From positions 259,836 through 323,835 of the forward strand of contig CAVTEH010000004.1 in the NCBI GenBank assembly GCA_963733635.1: a stretch of DNA of 64,000 nt, written 5' to 3'. The translations under genes were made by a program, and so were the position numbers. The notes under the pieces are model-generated. The model ran no database searches. It was not told the DNA's origin and saw only the letters and a list, made by a program, of their open reading frames with translations. Below are positions 18,150-30,243 of the stretch, one piece after another (positions within the stretch are counted from its first letter, which is position 1; each line of letters opens with the position of its first letter). This DNA is from an uncultured Actinomycetota bacterium. GTDB taxonomy: Bacteria > Actinomycetota > UBA4738 > HRBIN12.

Positions 18150-19531
18150 ATGAGCACCACCCAGACCGATAGGGTCGAGATCGACATCCAGCTCGTCGAG
18201 CAGCTGATCAAGGAAGAGACCGCGGCGCTCGACGCCAAGCACAGCGCGCAGTCTGTCCTACCGCGACGAGGCGGCCGTGCGGCTTCCAGGTGGCGTGTCG
18301 AGCAGCTGGCAGATGTGGCCGCCGCACCCGATCTACATCGATCGCGGTCAGGGCTCCCACGTGTGGGACATCGACGGCAACGATTACGTCGACTACCACA
18401 ACGGCTACGGCGTCATGGTCATGGGCCACGCCCACCCTAAGATCGTCGAGGCCGTGCAGCGCCGGATCGCGCTGGGCTCGCACTTCGCCCAGCCAACCGA
18501 GGACGCCCTCATCGTGGCCGAGCAGCTGTACGAGCGGACCGGCCTGCCGTTCTGGCGCTTCGGCAACTCCGGCACCGAGGCCACCTTGGACCTGGTCCGC
18601 ATCATGCGCGCCACCACCGGTCGCGACCTGCTGGTGAAGATCGAAGGCACCTACCACGGTCACCACGACGCGCTCATGGTCAGCGTGTTCCCGGCACAAG
18701 ATGTCGCCGGGCCCGTCGAGAGTCCGGCGTCGGTGCCCCAGACCAAGGGCCTGGCTCCCGGCACCACCGACTACACCGTGAGCGTGCCGTTCAACGACGC
18801 GGATGCGGCGGAGCGGCTGTTCGCCGAGCGCGGCTCCGAGATCGCCGGCATGATCGTCGAGCCGGTCATGAGCAACTGCGGCGTGGTCCTTCCCGACGAC
18901 GGCTACCTGCAGCGGCTGAAGGACATCTGTCACCGGCACGGCGCGATGTTCGCGTTCGACGAGGTGAAGACGGGGTTCACGGTGGGCTGGGGCGGCGCGA
19001 TCGAGGCGTTCGGCGTGCAGCCCGACCTGGTGGCGTTCGCCAAGGCGTTGGGCGCCGGCCTTCCGTGCGGCGCGATCGGCGGGACCGAGGACGCGTTGCG
19101 CATGGTGATCGACGGCGAGCTGGAGCAGGTGGGCACGTTCAACGGCAACCCGCTCGACAATGGCCGCTGCCAAGGTGAACCTCACCGAGGTGCTGACTAA
19201 AGACGCGTACGTTCGCTTGGACGAGATCAACACGATCCTGCACCGGTGTGAGGACGTGATCGCGAAGTACCGGCTCCCCGCATCGATGAAGACCCTCGCC
19301 GCCAAGGGTTCGATCGACTGGCGCGTCGAGCCGATCCACTCCTACCGTGATCTGTGGGAGATCGACGACCGCGTTCCGCAGCTCGGCTGGCTCTGGCAGC
19401 TGAACCGCGGAGTGTTCAAGAGCCCCGGTTCCAAATGGGAGAGCTGGACCACCTCGATCGTCATGAGCGACGCCGACGTGGAGCGCTACGTCGACAACTT
19501 CGAGAGCTTCGCCGAAGCGATCACCAAGTAG
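18150..19531 (+). CDS. class-III aminotransferase paralog (frameshifts near 18250 and 19155)
   Basis: GYGVMVMGHAHPKIVEAVQRRIALGSHF...FDEVKTG...GTFNGNP, and a C-terminus (WQLNRGVFKSPGSKWESWTTS...VDNFESFAEAI) collinear with the preceding gene. Confidence 0.8.
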
Positions 19532-19623
19532 TCCCCTCGGGGAGCGGGTGGAAGCCTGAGTCGCACGACTCGGGCGGGACGATCCGGACCGACTGAGCTG
19601 CTGCCGTCGCGTAGCCTCCCGGC

Positions 19624-20824
19624 GTGACGAAGCCCCTCGTGCTCACGAACCGGCAGGCGCGGCGCTTGTGCGTGCAGGGCCAACGGCTGTCGTCGCCGCG
19701 CCCGCCCTCGATCGTGGACGCGGTTCGTGACCTGTGGATGGTGCAGATCGATCCGACCCGGGTGGTCGCGCGAACCGAACACCTCGTGCTGTTCTCGCGG
19801 CTCGGACCGCGGTTCACCGTGGCGGAGCTGGAGCGGTTGCTCTGGACCGAGCGGTCGCTGTTCGAGTACTGGGTGCACATCGTTCCGACGTCGGACCTGT
19901 GGCAACACCGGGTGTCGATGCGCCGGTATCCGACCGGCGGCCCGTACGGCGGGCTGGCCCGAAGCGTCTACGTCCGGGACTGGTTGCAAGCGAACGCTGG
20001 GTTCCGCCGGTACGTCCTGCGCGAGCTGCGCACCAAGGGCCCGCTGCGGGCACGTGACCTGGAGGACCGCGTCGCCGACGGGTGGCACACGGGCGGCTGG
20101 AACGACCAGGGACGCAATGTGGCGATGATGCTCGACATGCTCTGGGACAAGGGCGAGGTCATGATCGTGGGCCGCGATGGACAGCAGCGGTGGTGGGATC
20201 TGGCATCGCGGAGCGTATCCATGGACGAACCGATGCGACCTCGCTCCCAGGTCGCCCTCGAGGTGGTGGAGCGACAGCTGCGCGCCCGCGGCGTGGGCAC
20301 GACCGATCAGTTCGGCTCGCTGTTCGACGGGCGCCCGGACGGTTGGGAGCGAGCGCTGAGTTCGCTGACCCGCCAAGGGGTCGCGGTGCCGGTCAGGGTC
20401 GAGGGCATCGCCAAAGGCGAGTGGTACGCACACGCAGATGTCCTGCAGCGACCGTGGCGCCCGCGCACCGTCGCGCTCTCGCCGTTCGACGATCTGGTGA
20501 GCGATCGCGACCATGCGGCGGCGTTGTTCGACTTCTTCTTCCGATTGGAGATCTACGTGCCGAAGGCCAAGCGTCGCTGGGGCTACTTCGTGCTGCCCAT
20601 CCTGCACGGCGACCGGTTGATCGGGCGCATCGACCCCCGGTTCGACCGCGACACTCGGGTGTTGCATGTCAGCGCCGTGCACGCACAGGAGCACGCCACC
20701 CGAACGGGCGATGGGCCGGCCGCCGCCAAGCGCCATAGGTGAGCTCGCGACGTGGTTGGGTGCAAAGGACGTGGCCTTCGACGGCCCCATGCCTTCTGGA
20801 TGGCGTCGAGCGCTGCAGGGCTGA
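19624..20824 (+). CDS. winged-helix DNA-binding / YcaQ-like DNA glycosylase family protein (frameshift near 20725)
   Basis: LTNRQARRLCVQGQRL...VQIDPTRVVARTEHLVLFSRL...WGYFVLPILHGDRLIGRIDPRFDR. The C-terminus AIGELATWLGAKDVAFDG...* is in another frame. Confidence 0.65.
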
Positions 20825-20861
20825 CGGATCCGCCGAGCTCCCGGCGTATCGTTCAGGCAGC

Positions 20862-21587
20862 ATGAACGCCGATGAGCCCATCGAGATCGACGCGGAGCTG
20901 CCGGGATCGCGGCGTGGGATGCCGCTGCGGCGAGCGGGTCCGCTCGGCCGATAGCTACGGGCTGTTGTTCCTGGGGCTGATCGGCGTCGTCGTGGTCAGC
21001 GCGGGCTCGGCTCCTACGAGTTCGGTCGCGCAGTCACGTTCGCGCTCATGGCGGTCGTGTTGATCTTCGCGCTCTGGACCTCGCGCGCGCCTCGGCGCGC
21101 GATCAGACTCGCGATCGCGCTCGTGCCGGTGATGGTCGCCATCGCCGTCGGAGGCGCCATCCTGAACGATCAGTCGCTCAGCGACGAGATCGTCACCGGG
21201 CTGATCGTGCTGGTGCACGTCGCCGTGCTCGTCGCGATCCTGCGACGCATGGGGACACATCTGGTGATCTCGTGGCAGACCGTGCTGGCTGCGCTCAGCA
21301 TCTACCTGTTGATCGGCATGACGTTCGCGTCGTTGTTCGCTTTCCTTGGCACGGTGTATTCCGGTGGGATCTTCGCCGGCAACCCGATCACGAACGCGGT
21401 GGACTACCTGTACTTCAGCTTCGTCACCATGACCACGGTGGGCTACGGCGATCTGGTGCCCGGCCCCGATTCGATCCGTATGCTGGCCGTGACCGAGGCG
21501 CTCGTGGGTCAGATCTTCCTGGTGACGGCCCTCGCCCTGCTGGTCGGCAACCTGGGCCGCGAGAGACGCATGCATCGACAGGATTGA
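20862..21587 (+). CDS. potassium channel family protein (Ion_trans_2); the N-terminal part needs frame changes near 20930 and 21000
   Basis: Selectivity filter TMTTVGYGD. The secure part is ORF 21048-21587. Upstream TM segments (YGLLFLGLIGVVVVSAG, YEFGRAVTFALMAVVLIF) lie in other frames. Antisense ORF 20955-21659 is rejected. Confidence 0.6.
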
Positions 21588-21611
21588 CTTAGTCCACGAC
21601 TTAGTCGTACC

Positions 21612-21854
21612 ATGGGTCCCATGGATGCGCAGGTCAACGTGCACGAAGCGAAGACGCATCTGTCGCGCCTCCTCGAGCGTGTACAGATGGGCGAAGAGAT
21701 CGTGCTGGCGAAGGCGGGACGACCGATCGCGAAGATCGTTCCGCTGCCACGCGTCGTCGAGCGTCGGGTACCCGGGAGTGCGCGCGGCGACCTACGGATC
21801 GGCAGCGACTTCGATGATCCACTTCCTGATGAGGTCCTCGACTCCTTCGAATGA
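21612..21854 (+). CDS. type II antitoxin, Phd/YefM family
   Basis: VNVHEAKTHLSRLLERVQMGEEIVLAKAGRPIAKIVP. 4-nt overlap with the PIN gene. Confidence 0.8.
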   Translation: MGPMDAQVNVHEAKTHLSRLLERVQMGEEIVLAKAGRPIAKIVPLPRVVERRVPGSARGDLRIGSDFDDPLPDEVLDSFE

Positions 21855-22237
21855 AGCTGCTCCTCGACACTCATGCGTTCCTCTGGTGGATCGCAGACGA
21901 CGATCGACTCTCGCAGCCTGCTGAAGAAGCCATCGGCGATGGGGGAAACATCGTCTACCTCAGCGCCGTCTCTGTCTGGGAGATCGTCGTGAAAGCAGGA
22001 TTGGGCCGTCTCCAGGTCCCTCAACCGGTCGATCGCTTCTTGGTCGATCAGCTTCAACGTAATGCGTTCGAGCCTCTTTCCCTGCACATCCGGCATGCGC
22101 TTGCTGTGAACGACCTGCCGCAGGTCCATCGACATCCGTACGATCGCATGCTGATCGCGCAGGCCCGCGCGGACGACCTGACCTTGGTAAGTCGCGATCG
22201 GGTGATGCACGACTATCCCGTCGGGGTGCTGTGGTGA
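21851..22237 (+). CDS. vapC: PIN-domain ribonuclease toxin (VapC family)
   Basis: MKLLLDTHAFLWW...SAVSVWEIVVK...HRHPYDRMLIAQA...LVSRD. The acidic PIN residues are in place. Confidence 0.8.
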   Translation: MKLLLDTHAFLWWIADDDRLSQPAEEAIGDGGNIVYLSAVSVWEIVVKAGLGRLQVPQPVDRFLVDQLQRNAFEPLSLHIRHALAVNDLPQVHRHPYDRMLIAQARADDLTLVSRDRVMHDYPVGVLW

Positions 22238-22239
22238 GG

Positions 22240-22254
22240 GTGACTTCAGGTCAC
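22240..22254. promoter_or_regulatory. operator-like palindrome GTGACTTCAGGTCAC
   Basis: 14 of these nt are identical to 39803-39816 in the tetR/corrinoid intergenic region. It lies about 120 nt upstream of the oxidoreductase/sox operon start. Confidence 0.5.
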
Positions 22255-22374
22255 AGGGGTTACGGTCATCCTGAACTGGGGCGTCACTACACTCGCTGAC
22301 CGCACGTTCACTCGCGCTCGGGGCAGCGCACGCGGCACTACCCACGGAGACGACCATGGCGAACGGGTCCGGGA

Positions 22375-23980
22375 ATGGCGACGAAGGGCTACGACGTCAT
22401 CGTCGTCGGGGGCGGCCACAACGGGCTCACCGCCGTCCTTCTACTTCGCGCGGGCGGGGCTTCGCACCCTGGTGCTGGAGCGCCGCGAGATCGTGGGGGG
22501 CGCCTGCGTCACCGAGGAGATCGTGCCCGGGGTTCGCGCGTCCACCACGTCCTACATCGCATCGATGCTTCGTCCCGAGGTGATCCGCGACCTGCGCCTG
22601 GGCGACCACGGACTGAAGATGGTGCCCTGCGAGCCGGGCGTGCAGAGCGCCTTCGAGGATGGGACCGTCGTGCCGTGGTGGACCGACCACGCCCGAACCG
22701 TCGAGGAGTTCGCGAAGATCTCCCCGAAGGACGCCAAGGAGTTCGACACCGTCCACGCCCGGCTGGAGAAGCTCGCGCGCTACCTGCAGCCCTACTTCCT
22801 GGAAGAGCCGCCGGACCTGTACGCCAAGGGCTGGAAGCGCGTGCACGAGGCGCGCCGCGCGTTCAAGCGGTTCCGCAGGGTCACGGGTGACGAGCGTCAG
22901 CGACCTGATCCGGTTCACGACCGGGTCGCTGGGCGACTTCGTGGAGCGCCACTACGAGACCGAGAAGATCCGCCGCATGTATCTGGCCTCCAACGTGTAC
23001 GGCATGCACGCGCCGCCGTACCGCCCCGGCACGGCGATCGGCCTGATGTTCCACATGCTCTCGGGCGGCGACGACGAGGTGCAGGGCTTCTACGGCCACG
23101 TGATGGGCGGCATGGGCTCGATCACGGCCGCGATGGCGAGCGCCGCGACAGGCGCGGGTGCCGAGATCCGCACGAACGCATCCGTGGCACGCATCGACAC
23201 GCGGGGTGGGCGCGCGACCGGGGTCGTGCTGGAGGACGGCACCGAGATCGCCGCGTCCACGGTCGTGTCCAACGCCGACCCCAAGCGCACCTACCTGGGG
23301 CTGGTCGACGCGGCCGAACTCAGCGAGGACTTCCGCGACGACATCGCCGCGATCAAGATGGCCGGTCCCTGCGCCAAGGTGAACTTCGCGCTGTCGGCCG
23401 AGCCCCGGTGGACGGGCATGCCCGCCGACGCCGATCCCAACCGCCGTTCGCTGGCCACGCTGGTGCCCACGTTCGAAGAGGCCCAGCGCAGCGTACGACC
23501 AGCACCAATGGGGAGAGATCCCCGACGAGCTCTGGGTCGACTGCGTCACGGCGTCCAACGTCGACCCGACGCTGGCGCCCGAAGGGACGCACGTGATGAC
23601 CTCGTTCGTGCAGTACGTCCCGTTCGAGCTGCGCGACGGGGACTGGGACTCGCGCCGGCAGGAGCTGGTGGACAAGGTGGTCGAGCGCATCGAACGGTAC
23701 GCGCCCGGCTTCGCCCAGCACGATCGAGGGCACGTACGTCGTCACGCCGCTGGACCTGGAGCGCACCTACGGCATGACCGAGGGCAACATCTTCCACGGC
23801 GACCTGTCGATCGAGCAGCTCTTCTTCATGCGTCCGCTGCCGGGCTGGGCGGACTACCGCTCGCCGATCCGGGGTCTGTACCTGTGTGGCGCGGGCGTGC
23901 ATCCCGGCGGTGGGGTGACGGGCGCGCCCGGCTACAGCGCGTCGCACCGCGTGCTTCGGGACCTCAAGAAGGCCCGGTAG
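22375..23980 (+). CDS. phytoene-desaturase-family (CrtI-like) NAD(P)/FAD-dependent oxidoreductase (at least 4 frame changes)
   Basis: YDVIVVGGGHNGL; LVLERREIVGGACVTEE; GFYGHVMGGMGSITAAMA; C-terminus GNIFHGDLSIEQLFFMRPLPGWADYRSPIRGLYLCGAGVHPGGGVTG. The pieces come from ORFs 22375, 22472, 22659, 23593 and 23774. Confidence 0.7.
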
Positions 23981-23987
23981 AGCCGGC

Positions 23988-24221
23988 ATGGCGCTGACGG
24001 TGCCGTGCCCGAACTGCGGCCCGCGTCCGCACACCGAGTTCACGTTCGGCGGTGAGCTTCGTCCGATCGGTGTCACCGATCCCGAGGAGGACTTCGCGCG
24101 CGTCTACCTGCCCGAGAACGCGGCCGGCCTGCAGCGGGAGCGATGGTTCCACGCGATGGGGTGCAAGCGGTGGGTGACGCTCACCCGCGACACCCGCACG
24201 AACGAGGTCACCGCACCGTGA
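23988..24221 (+). CDS. soxD: sarcosine oxidase delta subunit family protein
   Basis: Intact 77-aa ORF: CPNCGPRPHTEFTFGGE...WFHAMGCKRW. Confidence 0.8.
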   Translation: MALTVPCPNCGPRPHTEFTFGGELRPIGVTDPEEDFARVYLPENAAGLQRERWFHAMGCKRWVTLTRDTRTNEVTAP

Positions 24222-26882
24222 GCGGCGGGACGCTTCAACTTCGAAGGCGACCGCCGTGGCGTTCGAGGACGGGGACACGGTCGCCTCGGCCCTGTACCGC
24301 CACGGAGTCCGCACGTTCACCCGGTCGCTGAAGTATCACCGCCGCCGCGGCCTGTACTGCGGCACGGGCGACTGCCCGAACTGCCTGATCAGGGTCGACG
24401 GGGTGCCGGCGGTTCGTTCGTGCACGACCCCGGTCGCGGAGGGCATGCAGGTCGAACGCGAAGACGGATGGCCGAGCACCGAGTTCGACCTGATCAGCGT
24501 CACCGACAAGCTGCACGCGTTCATGCCGGTGGGGTTCTACTACAAGACGTTCGTGAGGCCCCGGTTCGCCTGGGAGGCGGCGGAGAAGGTGATCCGCCGC
24601 GCGACCGGCCTGGGGCGGCTGCCCGATGGCGCTGCCGCCGACCGCGATCGATGCGCGTCATGCCCACGCCGACGTGCTGGTGATCGGCGCCGGCATCGCG
24701 GGTCTCGCCGCGGCCCTCGAAGCCGCAGGCCGAGGCGAGACGGTGCTGGTCGCCGACGAGGCGACGATCGGCGCCGCGATCGCGCCGGGCCCGACGCTCG
24801 AGCGTCTGCAAGCCCTTGAAGCCGAGGCACGTCGCACCGACCGCATCACGATCCTGGAAGGGCACGCCGCGATCGGCGTGTACGAGGGCCCCATGGTGCC
24901 GCTCGTGGCCGCCGGCGCGGTGGTCCAGGTGCATCCGGGCCGGATCGTGGTGGCGACCGGTGCGGCCGAGGCACACGGCGTCTTCGACGGCAACGATGTG
25001 CCCGGCGTGTGGTTGGGACGCGGCGCCGCGCGGCTGGCCGGCGTGCATCGGGTCTCGCCGGGCGAGCGCGCCGTGGTCGTGGTCACGGGTGACGAGGGCC
25101 TCGAGCATCTGCGGACGCTGCGTGAGGCGGGCGTCCGGGTCATCGCCGTGGTTCCCGCAATGCTCGCCGATCGCGTGCCGGTGGGCGTGCAGTCGATCGT
25201 GGATGCCCGGGTGGTCCGCGCCGAGGGCACGACGTCGGTCACCTCGGTCGTGGTGCGAGATGGGGCGGCGACCGCAGGATCGCCTGCGACGCCGTCGGTG
25301 CTGTCGCTGGGCCTGGCACCTCGCGACGGCCTGCTCCGCATGGCGCTGCCGGACGAACCGGTCGTGGGGGCCGGTGACGTCGTCGTCCCCGGCTGTTCTC
25401 CCGAGCGAGGCCGAGGCGTCGGGCCGGGCCGCGGCGCGACGGAGAGGCCGACGCGACCTCGGATCGGCATGCGCATGACGCCGAGCTCAGCCGATGCGGG
25501 GATCGTCTGCCTGTGCGAGGACGTCGGCGTCCAAGGACCTCGAGCAGGCATGGGGCGAGGGGTACCGCTCGTCGGAGATCCTGAAGCGATACACCACCGC
25601 GACGATGGGCCCGTGCCAGGGGGCGATGTGCGGGCGTCACCTGGCTGCGTTCTGTGCCGCCCGTGCTCCGGAGGCCGACGTGGCGCGAGCGGGGGTGCGC
25701 ACCACCGCCAGGCCGCCCGCCCGGCCCGCCACGCTCGAGGCGCTCGCCGCCACCGTCCACGAGGTGATCCCGAAGCGCACGTCATTGCATCGCATCCACC
25801 TGGAAGCCGGCGCCACCATGGGGTGGTCCGGCAGCTGGCAGCGCCCGTTCACCTACGGGAACTGGCGCGAGGAGTACCGGGCGGTGCGCGAGCGCGTGAG
25901 CCTGATGGACGTGGGCACGCTCGGCAAGTTCTTGGTGCGCGGCCCCGACGCCGAGCGCCTGGTCGATCACGTGGCGCCGTGCCGGGTCGACGATCTGCCG
26001 CCGGGCCGCTCGCGCTACCTGCTGGCGCTGGGCGAAGCGGGCTACGTCACCGACGACGGCTTGCTGTGCCGCCTGGACGACGGCTTCTACGTCACGTCCA
26101 CCTCAGGCGGAGCGGCGCGCATGGACGCCGGGTTGCGCGACTGGGCCGACCGTCTCGAGCTCCGAGTGCACATCGTGGAACAGACCGCGCAGCTGGGCGC
26201 GATCGTGGTGGCGGGCCCGCACGCGCGCGACCTGCTGGCGTCCCTGTGCGATGACGGCGATGTGTCCCGCGACGCATTCCCCTACCTGGGTCACCGTGAG
26301 ATCTCGGTCGCGGGAGTCGCGTGCCGGGCGATCCGGCTCGGCTTCGTGGGGGAGCTGGCCTACGAGCTGCATCACCCTCGTCGACGGGGCCCAGCGCTGT
26401 GGCAGGCGCTGTCGATGGCGGGAGAGCCGTTCGATCTGCTGCCGCACGGGCTCGACGCGCTGGAGCTGCTCCGCCTGGAGAAGGGCCACGTGTACCTGGG
26501 CCAGGACACGCTGCCCGACGACACGCCCGCCAAGCTGGGGATGTCGTGGGCGGTGGCGATGGACAAGCCCGACTTCGTGGGCAAGGTGGCGTTGCGACGG
26601 ATGTCGGCGCTGCCCCCGGAACGCCGCATGGTCGGCCTGCGTTTCGACGGCGTCATCGGCGCGGTGGCGGACCTGCGTGGTGTGCCGCTGACCGCGGGGG
26701 ACCGGATCGTCGGTCGCATCACGTCGGCGGAGCACTCCCCGGCGGTCGACGCCGGCATCGGGCTCGGATGGATCCAGGCCGCTCGACGGCGAGTTCCCGA
26801 CGCAGTTGCACGCGAACGGTGCATCGCCACGGTCGTGCCGACGCCGTTCTACGACCCGGAAGGGGCCAGGCTCCGTGGTTGA
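24218..26882 (+). CDS. soxA: sarcosine oxidase alpha subunit family protein (several frame changes)
   Basis: FEDGDTVASALYRHGVRTFTRSLKYHRRRGLYCGTGDCPNCLIRVDG; DVLVIGAGIAGLAAA; C-terminal GcvT-like fold LGKFLVRGPDA...LRLEKGHVYLGQD. Pieces come from ORFs 24256, 24626 and 25494. GTGA overlap with soxD. Confidence 0.75.
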
Positions 26883-27325
26883 CGTTCGCGTGTCCGAGCC
26901 CACGGTGGTCCACGTCCTGCGCTCGTCCCGAGGCGATCGAGCGCCGCCGCTGGCCGTGGCGCCCGCGGCCCACGCCGCGAGGGTGGCGCCGGACGAGCTG
27001 CTCTGCTCGATCGATCCTGAAGCGGGCGATGACATCGCCGATGTCGTCACCGTCGCCGATGCGGACGGCCTCGTCCTCGACGTGAGCGACGGCTGGACGG
27101 CCTGGACGCTGAGCGGTCCGGACGCGCGAGGCGCGTTCGTCGCGGCTCTCCGAGCTCGAGCTTCCCGATCGAGGTTTCGTCCAGGGCGAGGTCGCGCGAC
27201 TCCCGGTGAAGGTGCTCGTCGACGACGACCTGGTGACGCTGCTGATCCCGGCGATGTGGTCCGACCACCTGGGTGCGCGGATCCGCGCCGGCTGTGCGGC
27301 GCTGGGTGTGCGGGAGGTGTCGTAG
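26875..27325 (+). CDS. soxG: sarcosine oxidase gamma subunit family protein (frameshift near 27140)
   Basis: Small ORF between alpha and beta. WTAWTLSGPDARGAF, then in another frame LPVKVLVDDDLVTLLIPAMWSDHLGARI. Confidence 0.5.
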
Positions 27326-28505
27326 GTGACCGGCCTGTTCCGCTCGCGGACCTACCTCACGGCTCCGAGTCGGTCGAGCCCAGCCTACGACGTGGTGATC
27401 GTGGGCGGTGGCGTGAACGGACTTGTCGCTGGCCTTCCACCTGGCCGACAAGCACGGAGTCACGAACGTCGCCGTGCTCGAGCGCAACTACATCGGTTCG
27501 GGCGGTTCGGGCCGCAACACCCAGGTGCTCCGTGCCAACTACAACACGCCCGGAGACCGTGCCGCTCTACCAGGGCGAGCCTCGGCATGTATCGCACGCT
27601 CAGCCAGGAGCTGGACTTCAACGTGCTGTTCTCCAACCAGGGCGAGCTGGACCTGTGCCACACGCAGGACTCGCTTGCAGGTCGAACGTGAGAAGTCGCT
27701 GCTCAACCGCGCCTTCGGCGTGCAGACCGACATCCTGACCCCGGACGAGGTCGCCCGCACGCAACCGCTGTCGATCTGTCCGGCGGCGGCGAGCTTCCGG
27801 TGGTGGGTGCGTCGCTGCACCCGCCGGGCTCGTTCGCGCGGCACGACTCGGTGGTCTGGGGCTACGCCGTGGCGGCGGAGCGACGCGGTGTCCACGTCCA
27901 CGAAGGCGTAGAGGTCACCGGCTTCGATGTGGATGACGGCCGCTGCACGGGGCGTCCGGACGACAGCGGGACCGATCGCAGCGGGGTTGGTCGTGTCGGC
28001 GGTGGCCGGGTACTCCAGCGAGCTGGCGCGCATGGCGGGCGTGCACCTGCCGATCGAGACGATGTGCCTGCAGGCGTTCGTCACCGAGCCCTACACGCCG
28101 GTGCTCACCGGCCTCGTGTCGTCGATGGACCTGTTCATCTACGTGTCGCAGACGGCTCGCGGCGAGCTGCTGGCCGGGGCCGAGGTCGTGCCGTACACGA
28201 CGTACTCGACGCGTTCGACCTTCGAGTTCCTTGCGGAGGCGGCGAAGCGTTCGATCCAGATCCTGCCCTTCATGGCGAAGGCCCGCGCGATGCGACAGTG
28301 GGGGGGCCTGTGCGACATGACGCCCGATTCATCCCCGATCCTGGGCGCGAGCGGCGTCGAGGGGTTCTCGATCATGGCCGGCATGGGCACGTGGGGATTC
28401 AAAGGGGCACCGATCTTCGGCTCGACCATGGCCGAGGCGATCGTCACCGGACGCACCCCCGAGCTGATCGCAACCGTTCGCGCTGAGCCGCTTCCGGCTG
28501 GATAG
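27326..28505 (+). CDS. soxB: sarcosine oxidase beta subunit family FAD oxidoreductase (several frame changes)
   Basis: YDVVIVGGGVNGL; GSGGSGRNTQVLRANYN; LCDMTPDSSPILG...GMGTWGFKGAPIFG. Pieces come from ORFs 27326, 27423, 27800 and 27927. Confidence 0.75.
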
Positions 28506-28595
28506 CATGGTGCCCGACGCGGCAAGTGCCGGCACGCACTGAGCCTCGAGTGGAGGGCCGATGGTCCGAACACGCCCGAGAGCCGAATACCTCCG

Positions 28596-30189
28596 GTGAC
28601 CACCCGGATCGACGCGACCCAACGCGCCGCAGGGTCGACCCCAGGAACCGTTCCTGCGCGCCGGATATTCGGCGCCGTGATGGGTCTGCTCGCGGCTGGC
28701 GTCGCGATCGGCGTCGCCCATCTGGTGGCGGGGTTCGTGAGCCGCGAAGCCTCACCGGTGGTGGCCGTCGGGTCGGCGGCGATCGATCTGACGCCCGAGT
28801 GGCTCAAGAGCTTCGCGATCCGAACGTTCGGTGAGCAGGACAAGCTGGTGCTGCTGGGCGGCATCGGCGTGTTCCTGGTCATCGTCGCCGTGGTCCTGGG
28901 CATCGTGTCGGTCCGCCGGAAGGTCGTCGGACTCGTCGGACTCGGTGTGTTCGGCGCCCTGGGAGTGGTCGCCTCGCTCACCAGACCCACGGCGAGCCTG
29001 GTTGACGCGTTGCCTTCCATCGTCGGCGCGGCCGCCGGCGCGTTCACCCTGATCGGGCTCCACGCCCGGTTGCCCTACGGCGAAGGTGCTGGTGAAGAAG
29101 AGGCCGCCGAGCCGATCGGTGTCGAACGGCGCCGCTTCCTGATGGGCGGGCTCGCCGCTGTCGGGGCCGCTCTGGCAGCCGGTGGTGTGGGCCAGCTGCT
29201 CTCGCGCCGATTCGCGGCGGACGAGTCGCGCGCCGCGGTCACGATCCCGCAGGCCGCCGACGTCGCCGCCCCGGCCCCGGCAGGCGCCGAGCTGGGCGTC
29301 GAAGGGCTCACCCCGTTCTACACGCCGAACGACGACTTCTACCGGGTGGACACCGCCTTGATCGTGCCGGCGGTGGCAACCGAGGATTGGTCGCTGCTCG
29401 TCCACGGCATGGTCGACCGCGAGCTCACCTTCGGCTTCGACCAGCTCATCGGCCCGAGATCTGATCGAGCGTGACATCACGCTTGCCTGCGTCTCGAACG
29501 AGGTCGGTGGCCCCTACATCGGCAACGCCCGATGGGTCGGGGCGCCGCTCGCCGATCTGTTGGCCGAGGCCGGCGTCGACCCCGGCGCGGACCAGCTGGT
29601 CTCGCGATCGGTCGACGGCTTCACGGTCGGCACGCCCACCGCCGTGGTCATGGACGGACGGGACGCCATGTTGGCCGTCCAGATGAACGGCGAACCGCTC
29701 CCGCTGGAACACGGGTTCCCCGTGCGCATGCTCGTCCCAGGGCTCTACGGCTACGTGTCGGCGACCAAGTGGATCACCGAGCTGGAGCTGACGACGTTCG
29801 ATGCCTTCGACCCGTACTGGATCCGGCGCGGCTGGGCCGAGCAGGCCCCCATCAAGACACAGTCCCGGATCGACACCCCCAAACCCCTCGCAACGGTGCC
29901 CGCCCACGGAACCGTGATCGCAGGCGTCGCCTGGGCGCAACAGCGAGGGATCGAACGGGTCGAGATCCGCATCGACGACGACCCATGGGTCGACGCTGAG
30001 CTCGCCGCGCAGGACACGATCGACACGTGGCGCCAATGGCGGTACCAGTGGAACGATCCGTCGCCCGGCAACCACACGGTGCAGGTTCGCGCCACCGACG
30101 CCACCGGCGAAACGCAAACCACCGAACGTGTCGAGCCGTTCCCGAACGGCGCGACCGGCCAACACCAACTGGTGGTGGCGGTGGCCTGA
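28596..30189 (+). CDS. membrane-anchored molybdopterin-dependent oxidoreductase (sulfite-oxidase fold; frameshift near 29455)
   Basis: N-terminal multi-TM region and a Tat-like RRRFLMGG. Catalytic part CVSNEVGGPYIGNARWVGAPL...HGFPVRMLVPGLYGYVSATKWITELEL. Confidence 0.7.
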
Positions 30190-30243
30190 CCACCCAGGGA
30201 ACGTCACCAGGTGACCGTTCCGCTCGAAGCTAGACTGCGGGCC

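Noticed and set aside
19486-20790. Long antisense ORFs in this and many other genes (for example 18208-19305, 20955-21659, 24658-25785, 26103-27050, 28139-29047, 29446-30717, 41144-42418, 9349-10221)
   Set aside because: These are typical high-GC shadow ORFs. Their translations are Arg/Pro/Gly/Ala-rich with no motifs, and the opposite strand encodes recognisable family proteins.
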